From Candidatus Omnitrophota bacterium (GTDB lineage: Bacteria; Omnitrophota; Gorgyraeia; Gygaellales; Profunditerraquicolaceae), in contig JBEKSD010000012.1 in NCBI GenBank assembly GCA_049517335.1, positions 1 through 58,377 on the forward strand: 58,377 nucleotides of DNA, in the 5' to 3' direction. A program made the position numbers and the translations under genes. Position 1 is the stretch's first letter; each line of letters opens with the position of its first letter. This document shows positions 37,621-46,744 of the stretch, piece after piece. The notes under the pieces were generated by a model. The model was not told the DNA's origin. It did no database searches and was given only the letters and a program-made list of their open reading frames with translations.

Positions 37621-38439
37621 ATGGATGGGAAATTGAGGATTGGTATTGTCGGATGCGGGGCCATAGGAACTTCCCTGGCTAAAGCCGTTTTGAAGGAATT
37701 TTCAAAGAAAGCAGTTGTGGCTGCACTTTATGATATAAGCCCCGCAAAATCCCGGCAATTGTCAGAAAAGATTTCAAAAGATATCTGTGCAGTGAGTTTA
37801 TTACAATTAATTGAGAAATCCGATCTGGTGGTTGAGGCGGCATCTGCCAAAGTCTCTTATAAAGTTGCCAAAGAGGTTCTCGGGTTCGGTAAAGATATTA
37901 TGATAATGAGCGTGGGAGGGATAGTGGATAAACTTAGCCGTTTAAAATCCCTAGCCATAAAAAATAGCGCTAAAGTTTATATTCCAAGCGGGGCAATCTG
38001 CGGGATAGATGCATTAAAAGCGGCAAAATTCGCTCAGATTAAGAAAGTGACCCTTACGACTACAAAACATCCGAAATCATTTATGGGGGTAGAATACGTC
38101 AGGAAAAAGGGCATTAACCTAGGTAGCATTAAGGGTGAGAGGGTCCTGTTTTCCGGCAGAGCGGATAAAGCTGTGAAGAATTTTCCTCAGAACATAAATG
38201 TCGCCGCGGTTTTAAGCTTAGCGGGCATGGGTGCTAAAAAGACCGCTGTCAAGATCGTGGCATCTTCCTTGGTAACAAAAAATATCCATGAAATTAGAAT
38301 TGAAAGTAGTTCAGGCAAGATTACAACCCGTACTGAGAATGTTTTACATCCGGATAACCCAAAGACAAGTTACCTTGCGGTTTTGTCGGCAATAGCAGCT
38401 TTAGGGCAGATTTTAGAGCCCGTGAGAATCGGCACGTAA
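37621..38439 (+). CDS. nadX: L-aspartate dehydrogenase (NAD biosynthesis)
   Basis: Motifs GCGAIG, VVEAAS, PSGAICGID, FPQNINVAA and NPKTSYLA. Confidence 0.9.
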   Translation: MDGKLRIGIVGCGAIGTSLAKAVLKEFSKKAVVAALYDISPAKSRQLSEKISKDICAVSLLQLIEKSDLVVEAASAKVSYKVAKEVLGFGKDIMIMSVGGIVDKLSRLKSLAIKNSAKVYIPSGAICGIDALKAAKFAQIKKVTLTTTKHPKSFMGVEYVRKKGINLGSIKGERVLFSGRADKAVKNFPQNINVAAVLSLAGMGAKKTAVKIVASSLVTKNIHEIRIESSSGKITTRTENVLHPDNPKTSYLAVLSAIAALGQILEPVRIGT

Positions 38440-38474
38440 TAAAAATAACGAAAAGAAGGAGGTGAGTTGACAAT

Positions 38475-38714
38475 ATGGCAGAAAAAGTAACGAAAGTAGG
38501 AATAAAGAGAGAAAAAGGTTACCTCTATTTCATCGACAAGCAGGGTGATGTTTCCTGTGCTAAGATGGCCAGGGGTAATAAGAAAGGCGGCAACCCGAAA
38601 AAGGTTGCGAAATGCGGCATCAAGAGAAAAGAAGGTTACCTTTATTTCTTAGACAAGCAGGGTGATGTTTCCTGCGCTAAGATGAAAAGGGGCGGTAAGA
38701 AGAAAAAGAGATAA
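38475..38714 (+). CDS. Small basic protein with a 39-aa tandem repeat, putative nucleoid/chromatin protein (CC1-like)
   Basis: Two copies of KV.K.GIKR..GYLYF.DKQGDVSCAKM.RG.KK. Strong RBS AGGAGGTG and its own terminator. Confidence 0.7.
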   Translation: MAEKVTKVGIKREKGYLYFIDKQGDVSCAKMARGNKKGGNPKKVAKCGIKRKEGYLYFLDKQGDVSCAKMKRGGKKKKR

Positions 38715-38734
38715 AAAAGTGGATTGAGTCAAAT

Positions 38735-38787
38735 AAGATACCCCCGCCTTTCATTTTAAACGGTTAATGAAAGGCGGGGTATCTTTT
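38735..38787 (+). terminator. Long hairpin/terminator
   Basis: AAGATACCCCCGCCTTTCATT / AATGAAAGGCGGGGTATCTT followed by TT. Confidence 0.75.
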
Positions 38788-38804
38788 AGTTTAGCCAGCA
38801 TCAC

Positions 38805-38890
38805 AGAAAGCCCCGTCTCTAAAGAAGGGAATGAATGAGAAGGGTACCAGTGTTTTGGTGCAGGATAAAGGCTTGACGAGGGGTTTTATT
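38805..38890. mobile_element. Possible degenerate IS200/IS605-type end (PATE/MITE remnant)
   Basis: GAAAGCCCCGTC...GGGAATGAATG recalls IS605-type terminal hairpins. AAAGCCCCGTC can pair with GACGAGGGGTTTT. Confidence 0.3.
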
Positions 38891-38895
38891 CCATT

Positions 38896-40743
38896 ATGAA
38901 AATAAAGATCAATAATTTATTGCTGTTTCTGTCGGTTATCTTATACGTGTCCTGTTTTAGTATAATAAGCGCGAAGAAATTCTTCTTTTTCGGTTTCTAC
39001 GACTTTGATTTAGCGGTGCATGATTTATCCATGTGGAATATCGTGCACGGTTCGGTGTATAACTCTATCCTCGGTATTCCTTTTTTAGGCAACCATATGA
39101 ACGTTATTTTATTCCTTATTGCGCCGTTTTATGCCTTAATGCAGTATCCACTTACTCTCCTTTTTATGCAAACAATCGCTTTAGGCGCCTCGGCGTTTCC
39201 GTTATATTTCTTTAGCCGCCGCCTCTTAGATGAAAAATGGGCTCTCATTATTGCCGTTACCTATCTTTTTTATCCCGCGCTTGCCTATACCAATTTATTT
39301 GAGTTCCATCCGGGCAGCCTTGCCGTCTTCTTTCTTTTTATGTGCGTTTATTATTACGCGGCCGGGTCTTTTAAAAATTTCATGATATTCGTTTTCCTAG
39401 CTATGTTTTGCCAGGAGAATATACCTTTTGCTGTGATCACCTTTGGAATAGTAGCGGCGCTGGAGAGAAAAACTTTGCGCTGGATAATTGTTCCCATATT
39501 AATGGGGGGAGTTTATTTTGTCCTGGCTTTGAAGCTCATGTCATATTTTAATCAGGATACAATCCAGTTTTTTTCTTTATATAAGGCCTTAGGAGCTACG
39601 CGGGGAGAAATTGCCTTAAATATATTCAGCAGGCCGGATTTAGTTATTCCCATGCTAGCAAGGCAGCAATGTATGTTTTATATCGTGCAGTTATTCTTAC
39701 CACTTTTCTTTATCCCTTTATTCGGACCCGTAATATTGCTGCCTATTTTACCGTTTCTAATGCAACATATCCTTTCCATCAGGTTAGCAGAACTTACTAT
39801 TTATTACCACTACACGGCCGAGATGATTCCTTTTATTTTTGCCGGACTTGTTTACGGAATAAGGTTCTTATCAAAAAGAGCGCGGATTATCAGGCCGGTA
39901 TTCCTGAAAATAACTTTATTGTCAGCTGTGGTTCTCGGTAACCTTTATTTCGGGCCTTATTTTAAAATACCGCAGATGTTATTCGGTACCGGCCATAGAA
40001 ATTATCTCGTTAAAATTAAAAATGATTTATTGGCTAAAATTCCCGCCTCTTCCGGAGTTATCAGCAGCTTTGAATTCCTTCCTCACCTGACGCACCGCAA
40101 GTATCTGTATTCCCTGCATCATGTCTATATGGGGTTTTATACCTTGTCTAATAAACGTTATGAATTGCCGGATAACGTTGAATTTGTCCTAATTGATTTT
40201 AATGACCCTTTGACTTTTGGTAATTTTTATTCAAAGCAGGGGTATAAAAACCTACGCTTCTTAAACAGCGGAAATTGGGCCGTAGATGATTTCGCCGAAA
40301 CAATAGTACTTTTTAGAAAAGATGCCGATAGCGGCAATTATATTTGCCGTAAAATCAATGGCTCTACGTATACAGTGGGCAGGAAGCTGGGTATAACGGT
40401 AGATGATTCCATTGAGTTGGCAGGCTACACCCTGAAGAGGCAGGAAAAGGGTGAGCTGGATATGGTCTTTTTCTGGAGGTCCCTTAAATCCACGGGGCGC
40501 GATATAGGTTACCTGCTTGATATTTATTCGGACCAGGGCACATTGTTGGCGCGTAAAGTAAGGCCCGTATGCTACCGGATTTTTCCTACTAACAGTTGGA
40601 AAGCGGATGATATCTTTGAGGAAAGGATGAGGTTTAAGGTGCCGCTTATACCCGGAGGATACAGTTTTAAGATAACATTTTTTGACAATAGTTCAGGTTT
40701 CATCCTTAAAACTACAGGCGGGCGGGATTTCGCTGAAAGGTAG
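38896..40743 (+). CDS. DUF2079-like polytopic membrane protein (putative GT-C glycosyltransferase)
   Basis: Motifs YDFDLAV...W...HG, LGNH, FEFHP, QEN and YYHY, with many TM helices. Confidence 0.7.
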   Translation: MKIKINNLLLFLSVILYVSCFSIISAKKFFFFGFYDFDLAVHDLSMWNIVHGSVYNSILGIPFLGNHMNVILFLIAPFYALMQYPLTLLFMQTIALGASAFPLYFFSRRLLDEKWALIIAVTYLFYPALAYTNLFEFHPGSLAVFFLFMCVYYYAAGSFKNFMIFVFLAMFCQENIPFAVITFGIVAALERKTLRWIIVPILMGGVYFVLALKLMSYFNQDTIQFFSLYKALGATRGEIALNIFSRPDLVIPMLARQQCMFYIVQLFLPLFFIPLFGPVILLPILPFLMQHILSIRLAELTIYYHYTAEMIPFIFAGLVYGIRFLSKRARIIRPVFLKITLLSAVVLGNLYFGPYFKIPQMLFGTGHRNYLVKIKNDLLAKIPASSGVISSFEFLPHLTHRKYLYSLHHVYMGFYTLSNKRYELPDNVEFVLIDFNDPLTFGNFYSKQGYKNLRFLNSGNWAVDDFAETIVLFRKDADSGNYICRKINGSTYTVGRKLGITVDDSIELAGYTLKRQEKGELDMVFFWRSLKSTGRDIGYLLDIYSDQGTLLARKVRPVCYRIFPTNSWKADDIFEERMRFKVPLIPGGYSFKITFFDNSSGFILKTTGGRDFAER

Positions 40744-40747
40744 ATCT

Positions 40748-42376
40748 ATGGAACAAGTCAAATGTAATCTATGCGGTTCTCCGTTTTATGAAAGCGCCTA
40801 CTATATTAATGTCCCTGCTGATACGGATATAAAAGCAGGGGCAGAAGGTTTTTCTTATAAGATAACAGGAGATAAGGCTGAAGGGGTAGAATTGCGCATC
40901 GTCAGTTGTTTGAGTTGCGGTCTTAAATATGTGAATCCCCGCGATGAAATGAGCAGGATTTTTTCCCAGTACTCTAAACTTGAAGATGAACTTTATCTTT
41001 GCGAAGAAAAAGGGCGCAGGATTACCGCCAGGCTTATCTTAAAACAGATTTCCAGATACCGCAGAAAGGGGAAATTTCTGGACATAGGGTGTGCTGCCGG
41101 TTTTCTGCTGGACGAAGCAGGAAAGCAGGGCTGGGAAACGCAGGGCGTTGAGTTGTCGAAGTGGGCAGTTAATTTCGCCAGAACGAAACTAGGCTTAAAT
41201 GTATCGGGTGGTACTTTAAATGAAGCGAATTTTCCCGCAAAATACTTTGACGCGATTGTCCTGACGGATACTATTGAACATGTTTCAGACCCAAGAGGCT
41301 TAATGGAGGAAATCAGAAGGATACTTAAGCCCGACGGGCTCCTTTATATTTCGACGCCGGATATAGATAGTTTATTAAGCAGGGCATTAAAAGCAAGGTG
41401 GTGGGGGATACAGCATGCTCATTTATATTATTTTTCCCGCAATACCCTCAAGCGCCTGCTTGATGCTTCGGGTTTCCGGGTTAGGCAGTATGGCTCCTAT
41501 CCAAGAGTTTTCAGCCTTACTTATTGGATAATGCGGCTTAAGGGATACAATAAAATATTTTATTCAATCTTCAACCCGTTATTAAATTCCCGCCTAAAAA
41601 AAATGTTAATAAAGATAAATTTCCATGACCAGATAGCCTTAATCGCAGAGAGGAAGCGTTCCTTATCGTTTATTGCCGAAGATGAACATAAAGTTTACCC
41701 TTCCGCCGCAAGAAAGAAGACGGTTGTCGTGCTCCCTGCTTATAATGCCGCGAAAACCCTTGAATTTACGCTGAAGGATATCCCTAGGGATTTAGTAGAC
41801 GCTATAATTTTGGTTGATGATGCCAGCAAAGATAATACCGTTGAGTTAGCCAAAGGTTTAGGCTTAAAAGTTTTCCTTCATCCTAAGACTATGGGTTACG
41901 GGGCAAACCAGAAAACCTGCTATAGAAAAGCCCTGGAGATGGGGGCAGAAATAATCGTAATGGTGCATCCGGATTACCAGTATGACCCTACCATAATACC
42001 GAATCTGATTAAGCCTATCCAAAAGGGCACGGCGGATGCGGTCTTCGGTTCAAGGATGATGAAAGGGGGAGCATTGGAAGGAGGCATGCCTCTTTGGAAG
42101 CATAATATTAATATTCTCCTTACCGCCATAGAAAATATAGCTTTAGGCACGTATATTTTTGACAATGAAATGGTCGTGCAAGGTATTTACCACTGTTTAA
42201 AGATAGAAGAGATACCTATCCGGACGCGCTATTTTGACGAAGCGTCAACCATAAAATTCCTACCTTCTGTTTTTTACGGCTTAGGGGTATTTAAGACTAT
42301 TTTGAAATATATTTTACACGCAAACGGCGTATGCGTTTTCCGCCAGTTTGGTAACAGCGAACGGCTATATAAATGA
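40748..42376 (+). CDS. Class I SAM methyltransferase-GT2 glycosyltransferase fusion (GT2 domain apparently internally deleted)
   Basis: CNLC...CLSC Zn motif, LDIGCAAG and IEHV.DP, followed by VVLPAYN, VDDASKD, GYGANQK, HPDYQY and FGSR. Confidence 0.8.
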   Translation: MEQVKCNLCGSPFYESAYYINVPADTDIKAGAEGFSYKITGDKAEGVELRIVSCLSCGLKYVNPRDEMSRIFSQYSKLEDELYLCEEKGRRITARLILKQISRYRRKGKFLDIGCAAGFLLDEAGKQGWETQGVELSKWAVNFARTKLGLNVSGGTLNEANFPAKYFDAIVLTDTIEHVSDPRGLMEEIRRILKPDGLLYISTPDIDSLLSRALKARWWGIQHAHLYYFSRNTLKRLLDASGFRVRQYGSYPRVFSLTYWIMRLKGYNKIFYSIFNPLLNSRLKKMLIKINFHDQIALIAERKRSLSFIAEDEHKVYPSAARKKTVVVLPAYNAAKTLEFTLKDIPRDLVDAIILVDDASKDNTVELAKGLGLKVFLHPKTMGYGANQKTCYRKALEMGAEIIVMVHPDYQYDPTIIPNLIKPIQKGTADAVFGSRMMKGGALEGGMPLWKHNINILLTAIENIALGTYIFDNEMVVQGIYHCLKIEEIPIRTRYFDEASTIKFLPSVFYGLGVFKTILKYILHANGVCVFRQFGNSERLYK

Positions 42377-43899
42377 ATAAATTAGTGATTGCCGCATTAT
42401 GTCTGTTAAGTTTGAGCGTTTACTTTAACAGTCTGAATAACGGTTTCATCTTTGACGATAAAGCGCTCATCCTGAATAACCCCTTTATCCAATCTTCAAA
42501 CTTACCTGTGGAAACTTTTAAAAAAGACATATTCGGCCATTGGATAGGCAAAGCGCGCTATAGCCTGATGTACAGGCCGGTACAGATTTTGACTTATTGG
42601 CTGGATTATAAAATCTGGGGGTTTAATCCTTTCGGGTTCCGCCTTACGAATTTAATCCTGTATTTGTTAAACGGAATCCTGCTCTATTTAGTCTTATTGA
42701 AATTATTCTCTGATGTCCGTCTCTCTGCTATTACGGCCGCTTTATTTATTGCACATCCCTTGAATCTTCCGGTAGTAAGCTATATTTCGGGAAGGGCGGA
42801 TTCATTGAGTCTATTATTCATGTTTTTAAGCGCGTTGCTCTTTTTAAAAGACCTTTACGCCTTAAGTTTATTATCCGCAGTCTTTGCTCTTTTGTCGCGG
42901 GAAAACGCCCTTACCCTATTTTTATTTATCGCATTGATTATTATGGTTCAAAAGAAGGAAAAGAAAAACTATATTTTACTTTTGCCCTTCATTTCACTGG
43001 GTTTGTTGTACGTGGGTTTTCGTTTTTTTCTCTTTGGATTTAGCGGGCTGGCTGTGCATGGGCAGGGTATGGTTTTATCGTGGTCTTTATTGAATTGCGC
43101 GAACATTACCCTTAAATATATCTCGCTTTTATTATTTCCTTTTAACCTGCATTTTTTCAGGACAACTCCGTTCATTGTCGGGTTACTTAATTTGAAAGCA
43201 ATATTCATTATTTTTATGAGTTTCTTCGTGTTATTTTTGGTCTGGAAATTCAGAAAAAACAAAATTCTTGTTTTTGGTTTCTTCTGGTTTTTGTCCGGGC
43301 TTATTCCGGTATTCTTGATGTTTGACGGGTTTATGAAATTTAATCAGGCGCTCATGGCGGAAAGCTGGGTATATCAGGCCTCGGCGGGATTTTTCCTGAT
43401 ACTCAGTTTATGCCTGCTGAAGCTTAAGAAGGCAGGCTTGTTAATTTGCGGGGTTCTGATTTTGTACTTTGCGGTTTTAACTGTTTACAATAATTCTCTC
43501 TGGAAGGATGCCGTTAGTTTTGATAAGAATACCCTCAAATACCTTCCCGATGACAGCCCGTTCAGGCGCATATTAATTGATGATTATCTTGATAGCGGGT
43601 TTTACAATAAGGCACTCTCGGAAATAAATAAGTTTTCCGCATATTACGGAGAGGATAATCTGCTTGTTATAATCGAGCGGGGCAATTATTATTTTTTTAC
43701 AAAAGATGCGCAAAAGGCGATAGAGTGTTATAATAAGGTACTGGTAAAAAGTTTCCTTACCCTTTACCGCTCCGCTGCTTGTTATAAAATGCTCAATCAA
43801 CTTGATAAGGCCCGCAGCTTTGCCCGGGCTTCGTTTAATTTAAACCCTTATTATGAACCAAACAGAGTTTTACTTGAGGAATTAGGAAATGCCTTCTGA
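42373..43899 (+). CDS. TMTC-like GT-C membrane protein with a C-terminal TPR (putative protein O-glycosyltransferase)
   Basis: Motifs NGFIFDD, YRP, LFIAHP, YISGRAD, LLSRE and AESWVY, plus a TPR-like tail. Confidence 0.75.
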   Translation: MNKLVIAALCLLSLSVYFNSLNNGFIFDDKALILNNPFIQSSNLPVETFKKDIFGHWIGKARYSLMYRPVQILTYWLDYKIWGFNPFGFRLTNLILYLLNGILLYLVLLKLFSDVRLSAITAALFIAHPLNLPVVSYISGRADSLSLLFMFLSALLFLKDLYALSLLSAVFALLSRENALTLFLFIALIIMVQKKEKKNYILLLPFISLGLLYVGFRFFLFGFSGLAVHGQGMVLSWSLLNCANITLKYISLLLFPFNLHFFRTTPFIVGLLNLKAIFIIFMSFFVLFLVWKFRKNKILVFGFFWFLSGLIPVFLMFDGFMKFNQALMAESWVYQASAGFFLILSLCLLKLKKAGLLICGVLILYFAVLTVYNNSLWKDAVSFDKNTLKYLPDDSPFRRILIDDYLDSGFYNKALSEINKFSAYYGEDNLLVIIERGNYYFFTKDAQKAIECYNKVLVKSFLTLYRSAACYKMLNQLDKARSFARASFNLNPYYEPNRVLLEELGNAF

Positions 43900-46720
43900 T
43901 TCCATAATCATCCGTGGGGCAAAGGAACATAACCTAAAGAACATAAATTTAGAGCTGCCGCGCAATAAATTAATCGTCGTTACCGGCTTATCCGGTTCGG
44001 GTAAGTCCAGCCTTGCTTTTGACACGCTCTACGCCGAAGGCCAGCGTAGGTTTGTGGAAAGCCTTTCCAGTTACGCCCGCCAGTTCCTTGAACAGCTGCA
44101 GAAGCCGGATGTAGAGTATATCTCGGGTCTCTCTCCGACAATCGCCATTGAACAGAGGACAGCTGGAGGCAATCCCCGCTCAACCGTTGCCACCCAAACG
44201 GAAATTTATGATTATTTAAGACTGCTATTCGCGCGTATCGGAGAAGTGCACTGCTATCAGTGCGGACAGCTGATAGAGAAGCAGAGTTCGCAGGAAATAA
44301 TTCAGAAGATCATGCAACTTAATGCGGGTTCGCAAATACAAGTTTTAGCCCCTGTAATACGCGGAAGGAAAGGAGAGTATCGTGAAGTCTTTGCCTCTAT
44401 TCAGAAATCCGGGTTCGTCAGGTGCCGGGTTGACGGGAAAATCTATGAGTTACCTGTAAAGCTTAAGTTAGCTAAATACAAGAGGCATAATATTGAAGTT
44501 GTGGTAGACAGGCTTACTGTCAGTCCTGACGTTAAAAAGAGGCTTACTGATTCGGTAGAAACAGCGCTTAAGGTAGGCAAGGGCTTAGTTATTATTTCGT
44601 TCGCAGGTAAACCTGCGAACGCAAGAATTCATGAGCCCGCGAACCCGGGAACTGATTTAGTTTTTAGCGAGCAGTATGCCTGTTTAAATTGCGGCATAAG
44701 CTATAGTGAGGTAGAGCCGCGTATTTTTTCGTTTAATTCTCCGTTCGGTGCCTGCATAGAATGTAACGGCTTAGGGATTAAACTTGAATTTGACCCGGAA
44801 CTGGTCATTCCGGATAAAAATAAATCCATAAATGAAGGGGCTATCGCTGCCTGGAAGAGGGGCGGAAGGGGTTACATCCTCTATTACCGTTGGCTTATCC
44901 GAGAGTTATCCCACGTTTTAAGTTTTAGCTTAGACACCCCGTTTAAGAACTTAAGCAAAGATGTGCAGAAGGCCATTCTTTACGGCACGCAAGAATATGT
45001 CGGAGGCAAGCCTTTTGAAGGGGTTATCCCGCATTTGGAAAGATTATTCCGTCAAACCGACAGCGATTATTTAAAAGAAGAAATCTCCAAGTTTATGTCC
45101 AGTTTGTCCTGTCCTGTTTGCAAGGGGGCGCGGCTTAAGAAAGAGTCGTTAAGCGTTAAGATAAATACAAAGAACATCTGGGAAGTAACGCAGATGTCTA
45201 TCGCGGATGCGCATAATTTTTTTACCCGTCTTGAATTGACCGAGCGCCAAAGGCTTATTTCCAAACAGGTACTCAAAGAGATAATTCAAAAACTCGAGTT
45301 CTGCATTAATGTCGGGTTGGATTATCTGACTTTGGACAGGAAGAGCTCGACTCTTTCCGGAGGCGAAGCGCAGAGGATACGGCTTGCAACTCAGGTGGGC
45401 TCAGGTTTAGTCGGAGTGCTTTATGTTCTAGATGAGCCAAGTATAGGCCTGCACCAGCGGGACAATGATAAGCTCCTTGAAACTTTGAAGAACCTGCGTG
45501 ATTTAGGAAATACATTAATCGTGGTTGAACATGACGAAGCAACAATCCTTGCTTCGGATTATGTCGTTGACTTGGGGCCCGGAGCAGGCAGGCACGGGGG
45601 AGAGGTAATTTTTTCCGGTGAGCGAGATAAGTTGATGAATGATAAAAAATCGCTTACCGCCAAATACCTGCGGGGCGAGCTTGAGATTGCTTTGCCTAAA
45701 TCCCGTAGGGATTATTCACGAAGGAAGGTTTTGGAGATAAAAGGAGCGCGGGAGCACAATCTGAAAAATATTAATGTGAAATTCCCCCTGGGTATTTTTA
45801 TATGCGTAACCGGGGTTTCCGGTTCAGGGAAATCCACTTTAATTGACGAGATACTTTATAAGGCAATTGCGCAGAAACTGTATAGCTCTAAAGACAAACC
45901 TGGTTCCCATAAGAAGGTAAACGGCGCCGAACATATTGATAAGATTATTGAAGTTGACCAGTCTCCTATCGGGCGCACTCCGCGGTCCAATCCGGTAACT
46001 TATACGGGAGTTTATACGCATATCCGGGATATCTTCAATAGGCTTCCCGAAGCCAGGGCCCGGGGTTATAAGCCAGGGCGGTTCTCATTTAACGTAAAAG
46101 GCGGAAGGTGCGAAGCATGTATGGGCGACGGCATCAAAAAAATAGAAATGCATTTTCTGCCCGATGTTTATGTAAAATGCGATGTATGCAAAGGCCTGCG
46201 GTTCAATGAGGCTACGTTAGAGGTAAAATATAAAGGCAAGTCAATATCCGAAGTCCTTGAAATGACGGTTGAAGAAGCGCTTGAATTATTCGGGAATATC
46301 CCGGCGATTAAGAATATTTTAGGTTACCTTTACGATGTCGGCTTAGGTTATATCCAGCTAGGACAGGCCGCCACTACCTTGTCGGGCGGGGAGGCGCAGC
46401 GCGTCAAGCTTTCCGCGGAGCTAAGTAAACGCTCAACCGGCAACACGTTATATATTCTTGATGAGCCGACTACGGGCCTGCATTTTGCGGACGTGGAGAA
46501 GCTGATATTAGTTTTAGAGAGGCTTATTGATAAGGGGAATACCGTTATTGTTATTGAGCACAATTTGGACGTGATTAAATGCGCTGATTATATCATAGAT
46601 TTGGGGCCTGAAGGCGGGGATAAGGGGGGGTACCTGCTGGCTTCCTGCAGCCCCGAAGAACTGGTTAAAAATAATGTATCATACACGGCGCACTTTTTAA
46701 GAAAGGTATTGAAGAGGTGA
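43889..46720 (+). CDS. uvrA: Excinuclease ABC subunit A
   Basis: Two Walker A motifs ([18 protein letters not shown]), two LSGGEAQR motifs and Zn fingers. Confidence 0.97.
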   Translation: MPSDSIIIRGAKEHNLKNINLELPRNKLIVVTGLSGSGKSSLAFDTLYAEGQRRFVESLSSYARQFLEQLQKPDVEYISGLSPTIAIEQRTAGGNPRSTVATQTEIYDYLRLLFARIGEVHCYQCGQLIEKQSSQEIIQKIMQLNAGSQIQVLAPVIRGRKGEYREVFASIQKSGFVRCRVDGKIYELPVKLKLAKYKRHNIEVVVDRLTVSPDVKKRLTDSVETALKVGKGLVIISFAGKPANARIHEPANPGTDLVFSEQYACLNCGISYSEVEPRIFSFNSPFGACIECNGLGIKLEFDPELVIPDKNKSINEGAIAAWKRGGRGYILYYRWLIRELSHVLSFSLDTPFKNLSKDVQKAILYGTQEYVGGKPFEGVIPHLERLFRQTDSDYLKEEISKFMSSLSCPVCKGARLKKESLSVKINTKNIWEVTQMSIADAHNFFTRLELTERQRLISKQVLKEIIQKLEFCINVGLDYLTLDRKSSTLSGGEAQRIRLATQVGSGLVGVLYVLDEPSIGLHQRDNDKLLETLKNLRDLGNTLIVVEHDEATILASDYVVDLGPGAGRHGGEVIFSGERDKLMNDKKSLTAKYLRGELEIALPKSRRDYSRRKVLEIKGAREHNLKNINVKFPLGIFICVTGVSGSGKSTLIDEILYKAIAQKLYSSKDKPGSHKKVNGAEHIDKIIEVDQSPIGRTPRSNPVTYTGVYTHIRDIFNRLPEARARGYKPGRFSFNVKGGRCEACMGDGIKKIEMHFLPDVYVKCDVCKGLRFNEATLEVKYKGKSISEVLEMTVEEALELFGNIPAIKNILGYLYDVGLGYIQLGQAATTLSGGEAQRVKLSAELSKRSTGNTLYILDEPTTGLHFADVEKLILVLERLIDKGNTVIVIEHNLDVIKCADYIIDLGPEGGDKGGYLLASCSPEELVKNNVSYTAHFLRKVLKR

Positions 46721-46744
46721 AGAAGAGGTGCTATATTGCGAATA

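Noticed and set aside
38517-38684. Two ~50-bp direct repeats considered as a CRISPR array or DGR template/variable pair
   Set aside because: They are in-frame coding repeats within one gene. There are only two copies, differences are not adenine-specific, and no cas or reverse transcriptase gene is present.
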